Both the position numbers and the translations under genes were made by a program. The notes under the pieces were generated by a model. That model did no database searches, was not told the origin of the DNA, and saw only the letters and a program-made list of their open reading frames with translations. From positions 1 through 56,296 of the IMG/VR virus record IMGVR_UViG_3300020438_000049: a DNA stretch of 56,296 bases; one strand, written 5' to 3'. Of the stretch, positions 47,905-55,430 are shown piece by piece (the first letter of the stretch is position 1; each line of letters starts with the position of its first letter). The DNA is from a virus. Taxonomy: Duplodnaviria > Caudoviricetes.

Positions 47905-49959
47905 TTAGTATGATGGTGATGATGATGAAGAAGAAGTTGCTCCTGTAGAACCTGTGTTTATACTATTATTAGTAGTAGTCCCTGTAGTTTCTGTGGATGT
48001 TCTTGAAGTTCCTGTAGCTGTAGTAGTTACTGTTACAGCACCACCCTCTCTAACCAATGATCCATTATGATAACTAGAGGTTACAATGTAGTTCGATGCT
48101 GCTGGATCTAATCCTGATGATATTTCATCAACGATTGGTTCAAATGTGCTATTGCTTATGTCTAATTGTAGATATAAATCCTGTAATCCAATCACGTCAT
48201 TGGATTTAGGACAAGCAGAGATCTCAAGAATTGCCTGACCATCTTTAAGTTTGCCCGATGTTATGTTTATCGGGTTCAATGTAACTATTCCCTTAGTATA
48301 ATTTATAAACCCAACGTTACGCCTTATTATGGAAGGTGATGTTGAATTGAGAGATGGTATAGAAAATAGGAATAATGAACCAGTTTCTCTGTTTGAATCT
48401 GGAACATCCGACAAATATACGTCAAAATCAAGTCCTGCAACCCTAATTGGAGAAGATTTGATGTTATAACCATCCATACTCTTGATATAGAAGGCATTTC
48501 CAAACCCAACTGAGTACTCAGCAAAGGAATTTGTCACCAATCTAAGATCTCTTCTGATCTGAACTGTTGTAATATTAGATGTAATAGACTCTTGACTCTG
48601 ATCAAGGATGTTTAGGAACTTACTATACTTAAATCTTGCTCCATATTTGTTCAAATCTGACGAATCTGCATATTTTGCTGCATTATTTGAGACAACTGTA
48701 GAAACTTCTTCCGCATTTCCTACCAAATTACTGTTATAATAGAGTTTTGAATCAACTTCAAGGTAAAGGTACTTCAAATCAAGAATTTCTGGAACAATTC
48801 CTGCTACTGAATACTTCTTAAGCTTCAATTTGATCTGCTCTTTGACCAAATTAGGTAAAAAATCACCAAATCTTGGTTTTATACTGATAAAGACCTTACC
48901 ATACTGAGGTGGAACCAGTTCTTCACCTCCAAAAACAGAAATTGACTCTGTTTCGGGATAAATTTTTGCTGGAATTAGTGATTCATAGTCACTTGCAGTC
49001 AATGCACGGTTCTGAGATGCATAGATTCTAGGTGCAAACTTCTTAATAGAGTCAACTCCTTCAATCTCTTCACCACCAGACCCACTTGACCCTGTTGTTA
49101 ACAATGAAATACCATTAGTAACATTATGAACACCATCATTCTGTATATACGTTAACCTACCACTAAAGGTAAATTGATTAACACCATTCGCCATTTCGCC
49201 ATTAGAGACAATATAACTTATATCAATTTCTTCACCTTCTTGCAATTTTCTTCCAAAAACACCATCTCCGAAGAATATTTCATATCTTTCATCATTTACT
49301 TCTTGAATGTAGAAGACTTTTGAGTCACTAGTGATGTCAAAGAGGTTATCTTGGTAAGAATATCTGAATTTTTGGTTAGTAGTACCTGCTTCAACCTTAA
49401 TTAGAGTAGTATCAACCCCTATATTAGGTAAAATAAACCTTTGATTTGGGTTCTGAGAGGTAAATGTGTAATTTTGCTTTAAAAGTGTTCCTTCATAGAG
49501 TATAATATCGTCAAAATTAGCAATTCCATCAATTACAGGTCGTGTTACTGGGTTACAGATGGAAAAAACATAAGATTGGTTCCCAAAAGACCCCGATGTT
49601 GCTGCTACTGGACCTGGTTGAAGTGTTATAGTTGATGGTCTAGGGGTAATATTTGACGCATTTACGAAAAAACTAACCGATGCCCTTGATGCAGTCCTTG
49701 ATCTAGGTAAATATCCAATATTTCTTGCTAACGATACCACATTTTCCCGTAAAGTCGCACTATCAATGAATACTTCGTTCGTTACCATGTTGGCATTGTA
49801 CGAAGTGATGTAAGTATTATATGCCAGAAGGTCTATAATAGTAGATAAGTTAGAACCTTCAAAATCATAATCGGTAAACTTAGAGTTTGCCCTCAAATAA
49901 TCTTTAAGTGTTGTTTTAACCTGATCAAAATCAAGGTTAGAGAAATTTACTAGTGGCAT
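47905..49959 (-). CDS. gp7-adjacent gp6: Baseplate wedge subunit gp6
   Basis: LDFDQVK, DYDFEGSNLS, LAYNTY, DSATLRENVVSLA, QNRALTASDY. Confidence 0.96.
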   Translation of the reverse strand: MPLVNFSNLDFDQVKTTLKDYLRANSKFTDYDFEGSNLSTIIDLLAYNTYITSYNANMVTNEVFIDSATLRENVVSLARNIGYLPRSRTASRASVSFFVNASNITPRPSTITLQPGPVAATSGSFGNQSYVFSICNPVTRPVIDGIANFDDIILYEGTLLKQNYTFTSQNPNQRFILPNIGVDTTLIKVEAGTTNQKFRYSYQDNLFDITSDSKVFYIQEVNDERYEIFFGDGVFGRKLQEGEEIDISYIVSNGEMANGVNQFTFSGRLTYIQNDGVHNVTNGISLLTTGSSGSGGEEIEGVDSIKKFAPRIYASQNRALTASDYESLIPAKIYPETESISVFGGEELVPPQYGKVFISIKPRFGDFLPNLVKEQIKLKLKKYSVAGIVPEILDLKYLYLEVDSKLYYNSNLVGNAEEVSTVVSNNAAKYADSSDLNKYGARFKYSKFLNILDQSQESITSNITTVQIRRDLRLVTNSFAEYSVGFGNAFYIKSMDGYNIKSSPIRVAGLDFDVYLSDVPDSNRETGSLFLFSIPSLNSTSPSIIRRNVGFINYTKGIVTLNPINITSGKLKDGQAILEISACPKSNDVIGLQDLYLQLDISNSTFEPIVDEISSGLDPAASNYIVTSSYHNGSLVREGGAVTVTTTATGTSRTSTETTGTTTNNSINTGSTGATSSSSSSPSY

Positions 49960-49960
49960 T

Positions 49961-50362
49961 TTACCTAGTTGGTTGCAAAACGAATTGTAATTGTTGCTGC
50001 GGAACGTCTGCTCCTATGATTTCATATATTATGGTTACATCATATGAGTTTTCTTCAAAATTAGGATCTGCTTGAACATCGATTAACTCGACTCTGGGTT
50101 CATAGTTCCTAATTGACTGTTCTATTTCATCAACAATAGTCGATGCAGAAATATTATCAAGATTTTCAAAAAGTGTTTTATATATCCTTGACCCAAAATC
50201 AGGATCAAATGGTTTTTCACCAGGAAGAGTAAATACTATATTCCTTACGGATCTTGCAATAGCATTTTCATTTTTAATTCCAATAATATCACCATTCAGT
50301 GGATTAGACTGAAAAGTCATACTAATATCCTTAAAACCTTGACTGACTCTTTCTAGAGGCAT
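49961..50362 (-). CDS. gp25: Baseplate wedge subunit gp25
   Basis: SVRNIVFTLPGEKPFDPDFGS, YEPRV. Confidence 0.96.
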   Translation of the reverse strand: MPLERVSQGFKDISMTFQSNPLNGDIIGIKNENAIARSVRNIVFTLPGEKPFDPDFGSRIYKTLFENLDNISASTIVDEIEQSIRNYEPRVELIDVQADPNFEENSYDVTIIYEIIGADVPQQQLQFVLQPTR

Positions 50363-50386
50363 TATAAAATACTCTTACTATCTTAT

Positions 50387-50393
50387 TATTTAG
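50387..50393 (-). promoter_or_regulatory. Late promoter CTAAATA for the baseplate operon
   Basis: TATTTAG on plus strand, 24 nt from the gp25 ATG. Confidence 0.7.
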
Positions 50394-50555
50394 TCAAGAT
50401 TTATAAAGTTCATCATCATAATCCAATCCATCTGCCTCATATAGGTCATTATTTACCTTATGGTCAGTTTTTTTAGGTGTTATACCGTCATTTGCTATCT
50501 CACGGAGCATTTTTTGATGCTGATCATTACCCAAATTATCCAAAAAGTCGTTCAT
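50394..50555 (-). CDS. Small acidic hypothetical protein (53 aa; not in ORF track)
   Basis: MNDFLDNLGNDQHQKMLREIANDGITPKK...; fills the gap exactly. Confidence 0.65.
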   Translation of the reverse strand: MNDFLDNLGNDQHQKMLREIANDGITPKKTDHKVNNDLYEADGLDYDDELYKS

Positions 50556-50575
50556 AAGTATACTAAGAGCTCATT

Positions 50576-51235
50576 CTATTTATCTGCATCTCTTTCTTTT
50601 GCTGTTTTCCAGAAGTAGTTCTCTTCACTACCTAATCCATCCCTATCATGTCCATTCTCAACCTGATAGTATACAGTTGATACTTTAAAATCAGGATTCA
50701 ATGGTTCTTTAGGTGTTAGACTATTATCATAGATACGCATTCTATTATTTGGATATAATGCGAATTGACCATTATCTAGCTCAATAAGGTTATGTGATTT
50801 ATGTTCACTTGGATTCTCACTAGTAGAGTAATCAATAGCATCTACGTCTTGGTGATAGTTATCCAATGTACATATATACGTCCCTGTTTGGTTCCCGTAG
50901 TCCCTTGTATAGAGTTCAAAGTGCATTGACCCTATAAACTGCTTTTGGACTGCTACAACGCCATAATCCATACAATTCCAGAACTGTAGGTTATGTAGAG
51001 TCATATCGGGATCTGGTATCTCTGGTTCACTTAGAAAAGCAGATATAGGTAACTTGTCATACATTGCCCCATATTCGGGTAGGTAGGTCTCAAAATAAAA
51101 AGCACGTCCAGGTATCGATTTACACGACACCCAAACGCCTTTTACAAATTCGCCATGACCACTAGTATGATCTGTTAAGTACTCCTTTCTAACCCATACC
51201 TCATAAGAAGGTAGATTACAAATAAGTGCTGCCAT
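50576..51235 (-). CDS. Phage hypothetical protein (219 aa)
   Basis: Long clean ORF (VWVRKEYL, EHKSHN, NGQFALYPNNR) abutting the upstream stop. Confidence 0.8.
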   Translation of the reverse strand: MAALICNLPSYEVWVRKEYLTDHTSGHGEFVKGVWVSCKSIPGRAFYFETYLPEYGAMYDKLPISAFLSEPEIPDPDMTLHNLQFWNCMDYGVVAVQKQFIGSMHFELYTRDYGNQTGTYICTLDNYHQDVDAIDYSTSENPSEHKSHNLIELDNGQFALYPNNRMRIYDNSLTPKEPLNPDFKVSTVYYQVENGHDRDGLGSEENYFWKTAKERDADK

Positions 51236-51379
51236 TTACTTACCCTGCCCTCTTCTTCTTTTTGCGGCACTATTACGAGAGGAAGACGCATATTTGGTAT
51301 GCTTTCCATTTCCTTGACGAGTTTTTTTCGGTTTTGATTCTACTGTTTCAATACCATTAGCATTAAACATTTTTGCCAT
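51236..51379 (-). CDS. Small basic protein (47 aa; not in ORF track)
   Basis: MAKMFNANGIETVESKPKKTRQGNGKHTKYASSSRNSAAKRRRGQGK; abuts both neighbours with zero gap. Confidence 0.75.
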   Translation of the reverse strand: MAKMFNANGIETVESKPKKTRQGNGKHTKYASSSRNSAAKRRRGQGK

Positions 51380-51598
51380 TTAACATCCCTCTGAATCGTG
51401 TACATTGTCATCGTCCCATTCTGAGACGTTATTATCGAGTTTCGCTCTGACCGAACTATCCGAGGCACGGACCCGATATGAAACCGAGTCACGCTTCGAG
51501 AGTTCAGTAAGAATCGCTGCTTGTAGATCCCAAAGATCATTAGTCTCTTTCTTATCTAAGTGGTGTTCTATCCACTCAACGATTGCTTTATCTGTCAT
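51380..51598 (-). CDS. Hypothetical protein (72 aa)
   Basis: TAATG coupling to the upstream gene; abuts the downstream gene. Confidence 0.7.
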   Translation of the reverse strand: MTDKAIVEWIEHHLDKKETNDLWDLQAAILTELSKRDSVSYRVRASDSSVRAKLDNNVSEWDDDNVHDSEGC

Positions 51599-52401
51599 TA
51601 GATAATACGAGATTTTTCGTGCCCTACCCTAATACGAGGATCGCACCAGATTTCAAAACCTGCATCCATTGCATCTAAGCAGAACGATACGTCTTCGCCG
51701 CACATATCTTGAACACTACCAGACTCAAAGACTTGCATCTTAGGAGCGAACCAAGGATACTTAATCTTATCATCTTCAAAGACTCCCTTCTCTATCATCA
51801 ACCACCCAAAACCTGCATAGTCTACAGTAAATGGTTTCTTACGCTTACTGATTGACTCAATGGTTTCGTGATTCATAACTCCCCCATTCTTACGGAAGTC
51901 ATCTTCATCTAACCAGTGTGCGACAGATGTAGTCTTCCCATCCTCTGTGCAATACCATCCTGAGACGATTTGCTTCTTCTTAGTGTCATCTACTGTACCA
52001 TCTTCAGAGACAGCATCAGCAGGAATTGCCATATCACATAACTGCCAGAACTTGTTAGTATCAAAGACAATATCCGAGTCAATCCATAACTGATAGTCGT
52101 ATTCTAGTTTACCATCCCAAGGTATCTGATCTGGTCCACGTAATACATTTGCTCCGAGACACTTACATCTTGCGAAGTTTACCATAGAAGAGTAGTCCTG
52201 TGAGATCTGGATGGACATACCGTTCTGAACCATGTCAAAGCATAACTGCACAAAGTTCTTCAGATATATGTAAGATACTCCCCTACCTGGAAGACAAAAC
52301 ACAACGGTCTTCCCTTTCATTCTTTCTTTGATAGCTGCAATATCCCAGTCACCTGTTTTAGTCGCTGGTTTATTTGCTTTAACTGTAAATCCTTTTGCCA
52401 T
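51598..52401 (-). CDS. GT-A fold (GT2-like) glycosyltransferase
   Basis: VNFARCKC, WIDSDIVF (DxD), GFGWLMI, GEDVSFC, VGHEK. Confidence 0.75.
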   Translation of the reverse strand: MAKGFTVKANKPATKTGDWDIAAIKERMKGKTVVFCLPGRGVSYIYLKNFVQLCFDMVQNGMSIQISQDYSSMVNFARCKCLGANVLRGPDQIPWDGKLEYDYQLWIDSDIVFDTNKFWQLCDMAIPADAVSEDGTVDDTKKKQIVSGWYCTEDGKTTSVAHWLDEDDFRKNGGVMNHETIESISKRKKPFTVDYAGFGWLMIEKGVFEDDKIKYPWFAPKMQVFESGSVQDMCGEDVSFCLDAMDAGFEIWCDPRIRVGHEKSRII

Positions 52402-52423
52402 AATTCCTAGTAGCTACACTTCA

Positions 52424-52452
52424 ATTATACTAGGTATGTAGCACAATGTCAA
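52424..52452 (-). promoter_or_regulatory. Perfect sigma70 promoter TTGACA-N17-TATAAT
   Basis: TTGACA 52452-52447, TATAAT 52429-52424, upstream of the glycosyltransferase. Confidence 0.88.
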
Positions 52453-52694
52453 TAAGAATCCTCTTCCCACATGGGGGTTTTCTGTACAATCTTTCCTGGT
52501 CCTCCCACACCACACTTTGGTCCTAACTTAATATATGATAAGTCTCTCTCTGTATAAGATGTTTTAAGTAGTCCCACCATCACTTGGAGTAGTTCCCACT
52601 TCTCTTCAAAATCTTCTTCATCTAGATTACAATACAATACCTTATCCTTTGCATAGATGTGATAAGTGGTATTGTCCAAAATCTTATAAGGCAA
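52449..52694 (-). CDS. Hypothetical protein (about 80 aa)
   Basis: ORF with YHIYAKD..LY..L.EEDF..W, ending EEDSY; TTG start uncertain. Confidence 0.7.
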   Translation of the reverse strand: MPYKILDNTTYHIYAKDKVLYCNLDEEDFEEKWELLQVMVGLLKTSYTERDLSYIKLGPKCGVGGPGKIVQKTPMWEEDSY

Positions 52695-52850
52695 TTTTTT
52701 TATATAGTATCAAATCCACATGGCGTTTTTATATACCACGGAATTTTTTTTATATCTCTATATCTCTCTCTCGATTTGTCACCTCTGTAGGTTAGGGTCT
52801 CTATCGTTTTTTATATACGCAACGCCCGACGCAACGATAACAACGTAACC
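52695..52850. repeat. Non-coding short-repeat region (T5-8ATAT x4, CT run, CAACG x3); candidate origin or packaging site
   Basis: T-tract-ATAT at about 52695, 52726, 52744 and 52807; ACGCAACG at 52817 and 52829. Confidence 0.5.
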
Positions 52851-52882
52851 GCATATAACTGCCATTTGACTGTCTATAACTC

Positions 52883-52911
52883 ATCATAACATGCATTGAG
52901 GTTTGTGTCAA
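52883..52911 (-). promoter_or_regulatory. Sigma70 promoter TTGACA-N17-TATGAT with extended -10 TG
   Basis: TTGACA 52911-52906, TATGAT 52888-52883. Confidence 0.75.
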
Positions 52912-52971
52912 CAACTGTGTAACCACTAAGTAACACAAACCCCTAACATATTATCACTGACTAACTGTTAC

Positions 52972-53100
52972 TTATAGCACTGTATCTGCACCCTCTACAA
53001 TATCATCGAGGACTGATAAGATTTCATTGCCATTGTTTGCATTTTCCAAGAGGAATTCCGCAAAGTTCACTGATACAAACTGTGTGGTACTGTTTGACAT
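52972..53100 (-). CDS. Small hypothetical protein (42 aa)
   Basis: MSNSTTQFVSVNFAEFLLENANNGNEILSVLDDIVEGADTVL; downstream of the 29-bp promoter motif. Confidence 0.55.
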   Translation of the reverse strand: MSNSTTQFVSVNFAEFLLENANNGNEILSVLDDIVEGADTVL

Positions 53101-53168
53101 AATAAAGACTGTAATTAGGTTTACTTAAGTATCACTAACCTTTTAAAGACTTGAGTGAATTGGTCTCT

Positions 53169-53197
53169 ACATTATAAGGACAATTTAGAGGTTCCCC
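53169..53197 (-). promoter_or_regulatory. Phage early-promoter-like motif, copy 1 (GGGGAACC..AAATTGTCCTTATAAT)
   Basis: 24/29 identical to 55431-55459; contains TATAAT. Confidence 0.65.
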
Positions 53198-53201
53198 ATT
53201 G

Positions 53202-53375
53202 TTACCAACTGACAGGAGTGTTCAATTCTTCGATAACACTTTCTACGCTCTCATTGTCCTGCAAATCAAATACTTTCTCCCACGAAATATCTCTAGGGTT
53301 AAAGTCATCTAGCACGTCTAATTCCAGAGTTATTCTATACTTACTCTTCTGCCCGTAAATGTTAGAAACTGTCAT
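53202..53375 (-). CDS. Small acidic hypothetical protein (57 aa)
   Basis: MTVSNIYGQKSKYRITLELDVLDDFNPRDISWEKVFDLQDNESVESVIEELNTPVSW; sigma70 promoter upstream. Confidence 0.7.
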   Translation of the reverse strand: MTVSNIYGQKSKYRITLELDVLDDFNPRDISWEKVFDLQDNESVESVIEELNTPVSW

Positions 53376-53405
53376 GGGATTAGAGGGTGGGGGGTGTTAC
53401 TTAGT

Positions 53406-53434
53406 ATTCTACATTACCTGAACGTTTTTGTCAA
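53406..53434 (-). promoter_or_regulatory. Sigma70 promoter TTGACA-N17-TAGAAT
   Basis: TTGACA 53434-53429, TAGAAT 53411-53406. Confidence 0.8.
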
Positions 53435-53445
53435 GTAGTATAGGA

Positions 53446-53453
53446 TATTTATA
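53446..53453 (-). promoter_or_regulatory. Late promoter TATAAATA
   Basis: Exact consensus just upstream of the sigma70 promoter. Confidence 0.5.
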
Positions 53454-53510
53454 GTACATTTGTGTTATAAACTGCCATACGGACTTCTCCTACAAAATAT
53501 TACCGAGGGA

Positions 53511-53540
53511 TTGACAATTTGGGAGCGTTTGTGATATAAT
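53511..53540 (+). promoter_or_regulatory. Plus-strand sigma70 promoter TTGACA-N18-TATAAT with extended -10
   Basis: TTGACA 53511-53516, TGA-TATAAT ending 53540; no ORF downstream. Confidence 0.75.
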
Positions 53541-53659
53541 GCTCGCTAAGATAACAACAAAATGAGTACTTAAAATGACTCTAATCCTCGCTTAATCTAA
53601 CACCTTTAAACACAATCTCTCAAACGATATAAACAACCCACCTATATTTAATTCACTAT

Positions 53660-53715
53660 TTATCAACAGGTTTAGCATAGTTTTCCACAGATTATTAACA
53701 CTTATTGTGGAAAAC
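53660..53715. promoter_or_regulatory. Cluster of DnaA-box-like 9-mers
   Basis: TTTTCCACA 53681-53689, inverted TGTGGAAAA 53706-53714, plus TTATCAACA 53660-53668 and TTATTAACA 53692-53700. Confidence 0.6.
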
Positions 53716-53722
53716 CTACTAT

Positions 53723-53881
53723 TTAGAGTATATTTTTACCCCTCATTCTGTACCTCTCAAAGTGTGATTCAACTACATGGATTACGTCCTCTTCAATGTT
53801 ACTATCTTCACGTATGTTATCGAAGTAACTGTATAGATCTTTTACCATATTATCCCTTAATTGTTGTATATTTGTTTGCAT
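53723..53881 (-). CDS. Small hypothetical protein (52 aa)
   Basis: MQTNIQQLRDNMVKDLYSYFDNIREDSNIEEDVIHVVESHFERY...; starts 1 nt after the upstream stop. Confidence 0.6.
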   Translation of the reverse strand: MQTNIQQLRDNMVKDLYSYFDNIREDSNIEEDVIHVVESHFERYRMRGKNIL

Positions 53882-53882
53882 A

Positions 53883-54128
53883 TTACCCCTCTGCTATGTT
53901 ATTATAGTATAGACGATTTACCTCGTTTATGTTCAAGTAATCAGGGTCAAATATGTCTGCTTCGTTATCATCTCCAACTGCAAATTCTTCATGTAAGTAT
54001 TCACAACTGGTTAGGTTTAATTCTTCACAATACCTTAGATATGTTCCAATTTGATTATCATTTAGTCCGAGGATATCAATGCAATAGCTAATATCCTTTT
54101 GGAGTGATTCTGTTTGTTGAGTGTTCAT
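53883..54128 (-). CDS. Hypothetical early-type protein (81 aa)
   Basis: ORF track; acidic; part of the small-ORF cluster. Confidence 0.7.
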   Translation of the reverse strand: MNTQQTESLQKDISYCIDILGLNDNQIGTYLRYCEELNLTSCEYLHEEFAVGDDNEADIFDPDYLNINEVNRLYYNNIAEG

Positions 54129-54246
54129 TTTGAAATGGATAATTGATTGGGTTAAACTTACCGAAACTGAAATTATGATCCTTGATTATCTCTTTATAGA
54201 AATCTTCATTCCATTCATATACTGTCATCTGGTAATCGTCTTCCAT
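54088..54246 (-). CDS. Possible small protein (52 aa)
   Basis: MEDDYQMTVYEWNEDFYKEIIKDHNFSF...; overlaps the next gene by 41 nt. Confidence 0.4.
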   Translation of the reverse strand: MEDDYQMTVYEWNEDFYKEIIKDHNFSFGKFNPINYPFQNEHSTNRITPKGY

Positions 54247-54251
54247 TGTTA

Positions 54252-54404
54252 TTAGTAATTGTTTAATGTTCTATATGGTTTATAACACTTACGGTAATCA
54301 TCTTGTGTTCTGGAAGTGTTAATCAGTACAGACAATCCTTGAGTTTCGTTTCTATCTATTACTGCTTGTTTTGCATAATAGGATTGTAATTCGTTTGTGT
54401 TCAT
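54252..54404 (-). CDS. Small hypothetical protein (50 aa)
   Basis: MNTNELQSYYAKQAVIDRNETQGLSVLINTSRTQDDYRKCYKPYRTLNNY; tightly packed. Confidence 0.6.
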   Translation of the reverse strand: MNTNELQSYYAKQAVIDRNETQGLSVLINTSRTQDDYRKCYKPYRTLNNY

Positions 54405-54406
54405 TG

Positions 54407-54565
54407 TTATTCAGAATAAGGGATTACTGGTAATTGTTTGTATATAACTTCCGATTGTGTATATGCTTCTAATAACTTATGATCTCTCTTTGCTGCCCAT
54501 ACGTTCACACTTACTATGAATATTATACCAGTAAATGTGAATACTGTCCACTGTAATTTACTCAT
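54407..54565 (-). CDS. Small membrane-anchored protein (52 aa)
   Basis: MSKLQWTVFTFTGIIFIVSVNVWAAKRD...; one hydrophobic segment; TGATG coupling. Confidence 0.6.
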   Translation of the reverse strand: MSKLQWTVFTFTGIIFIVSVNVWAAKRDHKLLEAYTQSEVIYKQLPVIPYSE

Positions 54566-54801
54566 CAATACTGTGACCTATACTGAGGAATTGTATGATA
54601 ATCTGTTACTTTATATCCGTAATCTTCTACACGACTGTTAACATCATTTTCCATAATCTCTTTACTAACTATTCTCTTCGTCTGAGTTTCTCCTCTAAAT
54701 GTTAATATTCTTAGGAATTCATCTGGTATAATGTTATCATCCCACCCCTTAATCGGGTAGAAATCTAATACCATACTTCCTTTCTTTGCTGTAATTTGCA
54801 T
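54565..54801 (-). CDS. Hypothetical protein (78 aa; likely start ATG 54801)
   Basis: MQITAKKGSMVLDFYP...; the longer ORF-track start lies inside a terminator. Confidence 0.7.
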   Translation of the reverse strand: MQITAKKGSMVLDFYPIKGWDDNIIPDEFLRILTFRGETQTKRIVSKEIMENDVNSRVEDYGYKVTDYHTIPQYRSQY

Positions 54802-54831
54802 TAGTTTGTTACCGTAATTGTGAATTGTGCA

Positions 54832-54860
54832 TAAAAAAGGGAGTAAGATTATCACCCCCT
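54832..54860 (-). terminator. Rho-independent terminator
   Basis: GGGGGTGA-TAATC-TTACTCCC followed by T6. Confidence 0.6.
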
Positions 54861-54870
54861 GAGTGTTATT

Positions 54871-55014
54871 TTAGTACCAGATTTCAGATCTGATAGTATC
54901 ACTTTGAGTGTAGTATTCAGGGGAGTAGTAAACAGAAATGGAATCAGATTGATGCACTTCGTTGTAATACTCTTTCTGTAATGCTTTGTACTCAGTGTTA
55001 GTTAGAGTTCTCAT
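54871..55014 (-). CDS. Small Tyr-rich hypothetical protein (47 aa)
   Basis: MRTLTNTEYKALQKEYYNEVHQSDSISVYYSPEYYTQSDTIRSEIWY. Confidence 0.55.
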   Translation of the reverse strand: MRTLTNTEYKALQKEYYNEVHQSDSISVYYSPEYYTQSDTIRSEIWY

Positions 55015-55062
55015 AATAAGGAATGAATAGTAATGTGAAATACTGAAAGTGTTCTTACAATG

Positions 55063-55410
55063 TTATGCAGTAAGTAGTGAATCTGCGTTTAAAAGTATCA
55101 TCCCATCCCAGAAACTTTGAGTTTGATTGCGATAACTTACGAACCATTCCCAATTCTTTTGGAATACTTTTGCTCCGTAATTGACCTCTTCTAATAGTGC
55201 ATTAAGGCGACTCTTTGTTGTTACTGTTTGATAACCACAAGAGTCTAATTTAACGGCATTAGTAGAATGATCTACGGTTGCAATTAGATGACCATGTAAA
55301 CGAACTTGACTACAATCTGTCATTTCATTATAAGTAACTTGAGTATTTGATCCGCACCAGTTACATTTAGTGGCAACTGCACGATTCATTTGTCTTTCAA
55401 GTTTTCTCAT
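55063..55410 (-). CDS. Hypothetical early-type protein (115 aa)
   Basis: LHGHLIA, GYQTVTTKSRLNALL, FQKNWEWFV; directly downstream of promoter motif copy 2. Confidence 0.8.
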   Translation of the reverse strand: MRKLERQMNRAVATKCNWCGSNTQVTYNEMTDCSQVRLHGHLIATVDHSTNAVKLDSCGYQTVTTKSRLNALLEEVNYGAKVFQKNWEWFVSYRNQTQSFWDGMILLNADSLLTA

Positions 55411-55430
55411 TTAGAAAATAATCAGTGCTT

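Noticed and set aside
5064-48524. Numerous 60-130-aa plus-strand or off-frame ORFs inside structural genes (e.g. 5064-5438, 5618-6007, 16362-16679, 28057-28452)
   Set aside because: Fully nested in well-supported genes; composition typical of antisense or off-frame reading; no independent signals
53376-53394. G-rich run (GGGATTAGAGGGTGGGGGG) as a G-quadruplex
   Set aside because: Only three separated G-tracts; better explained as the C-rich leader of the minus-strand gene
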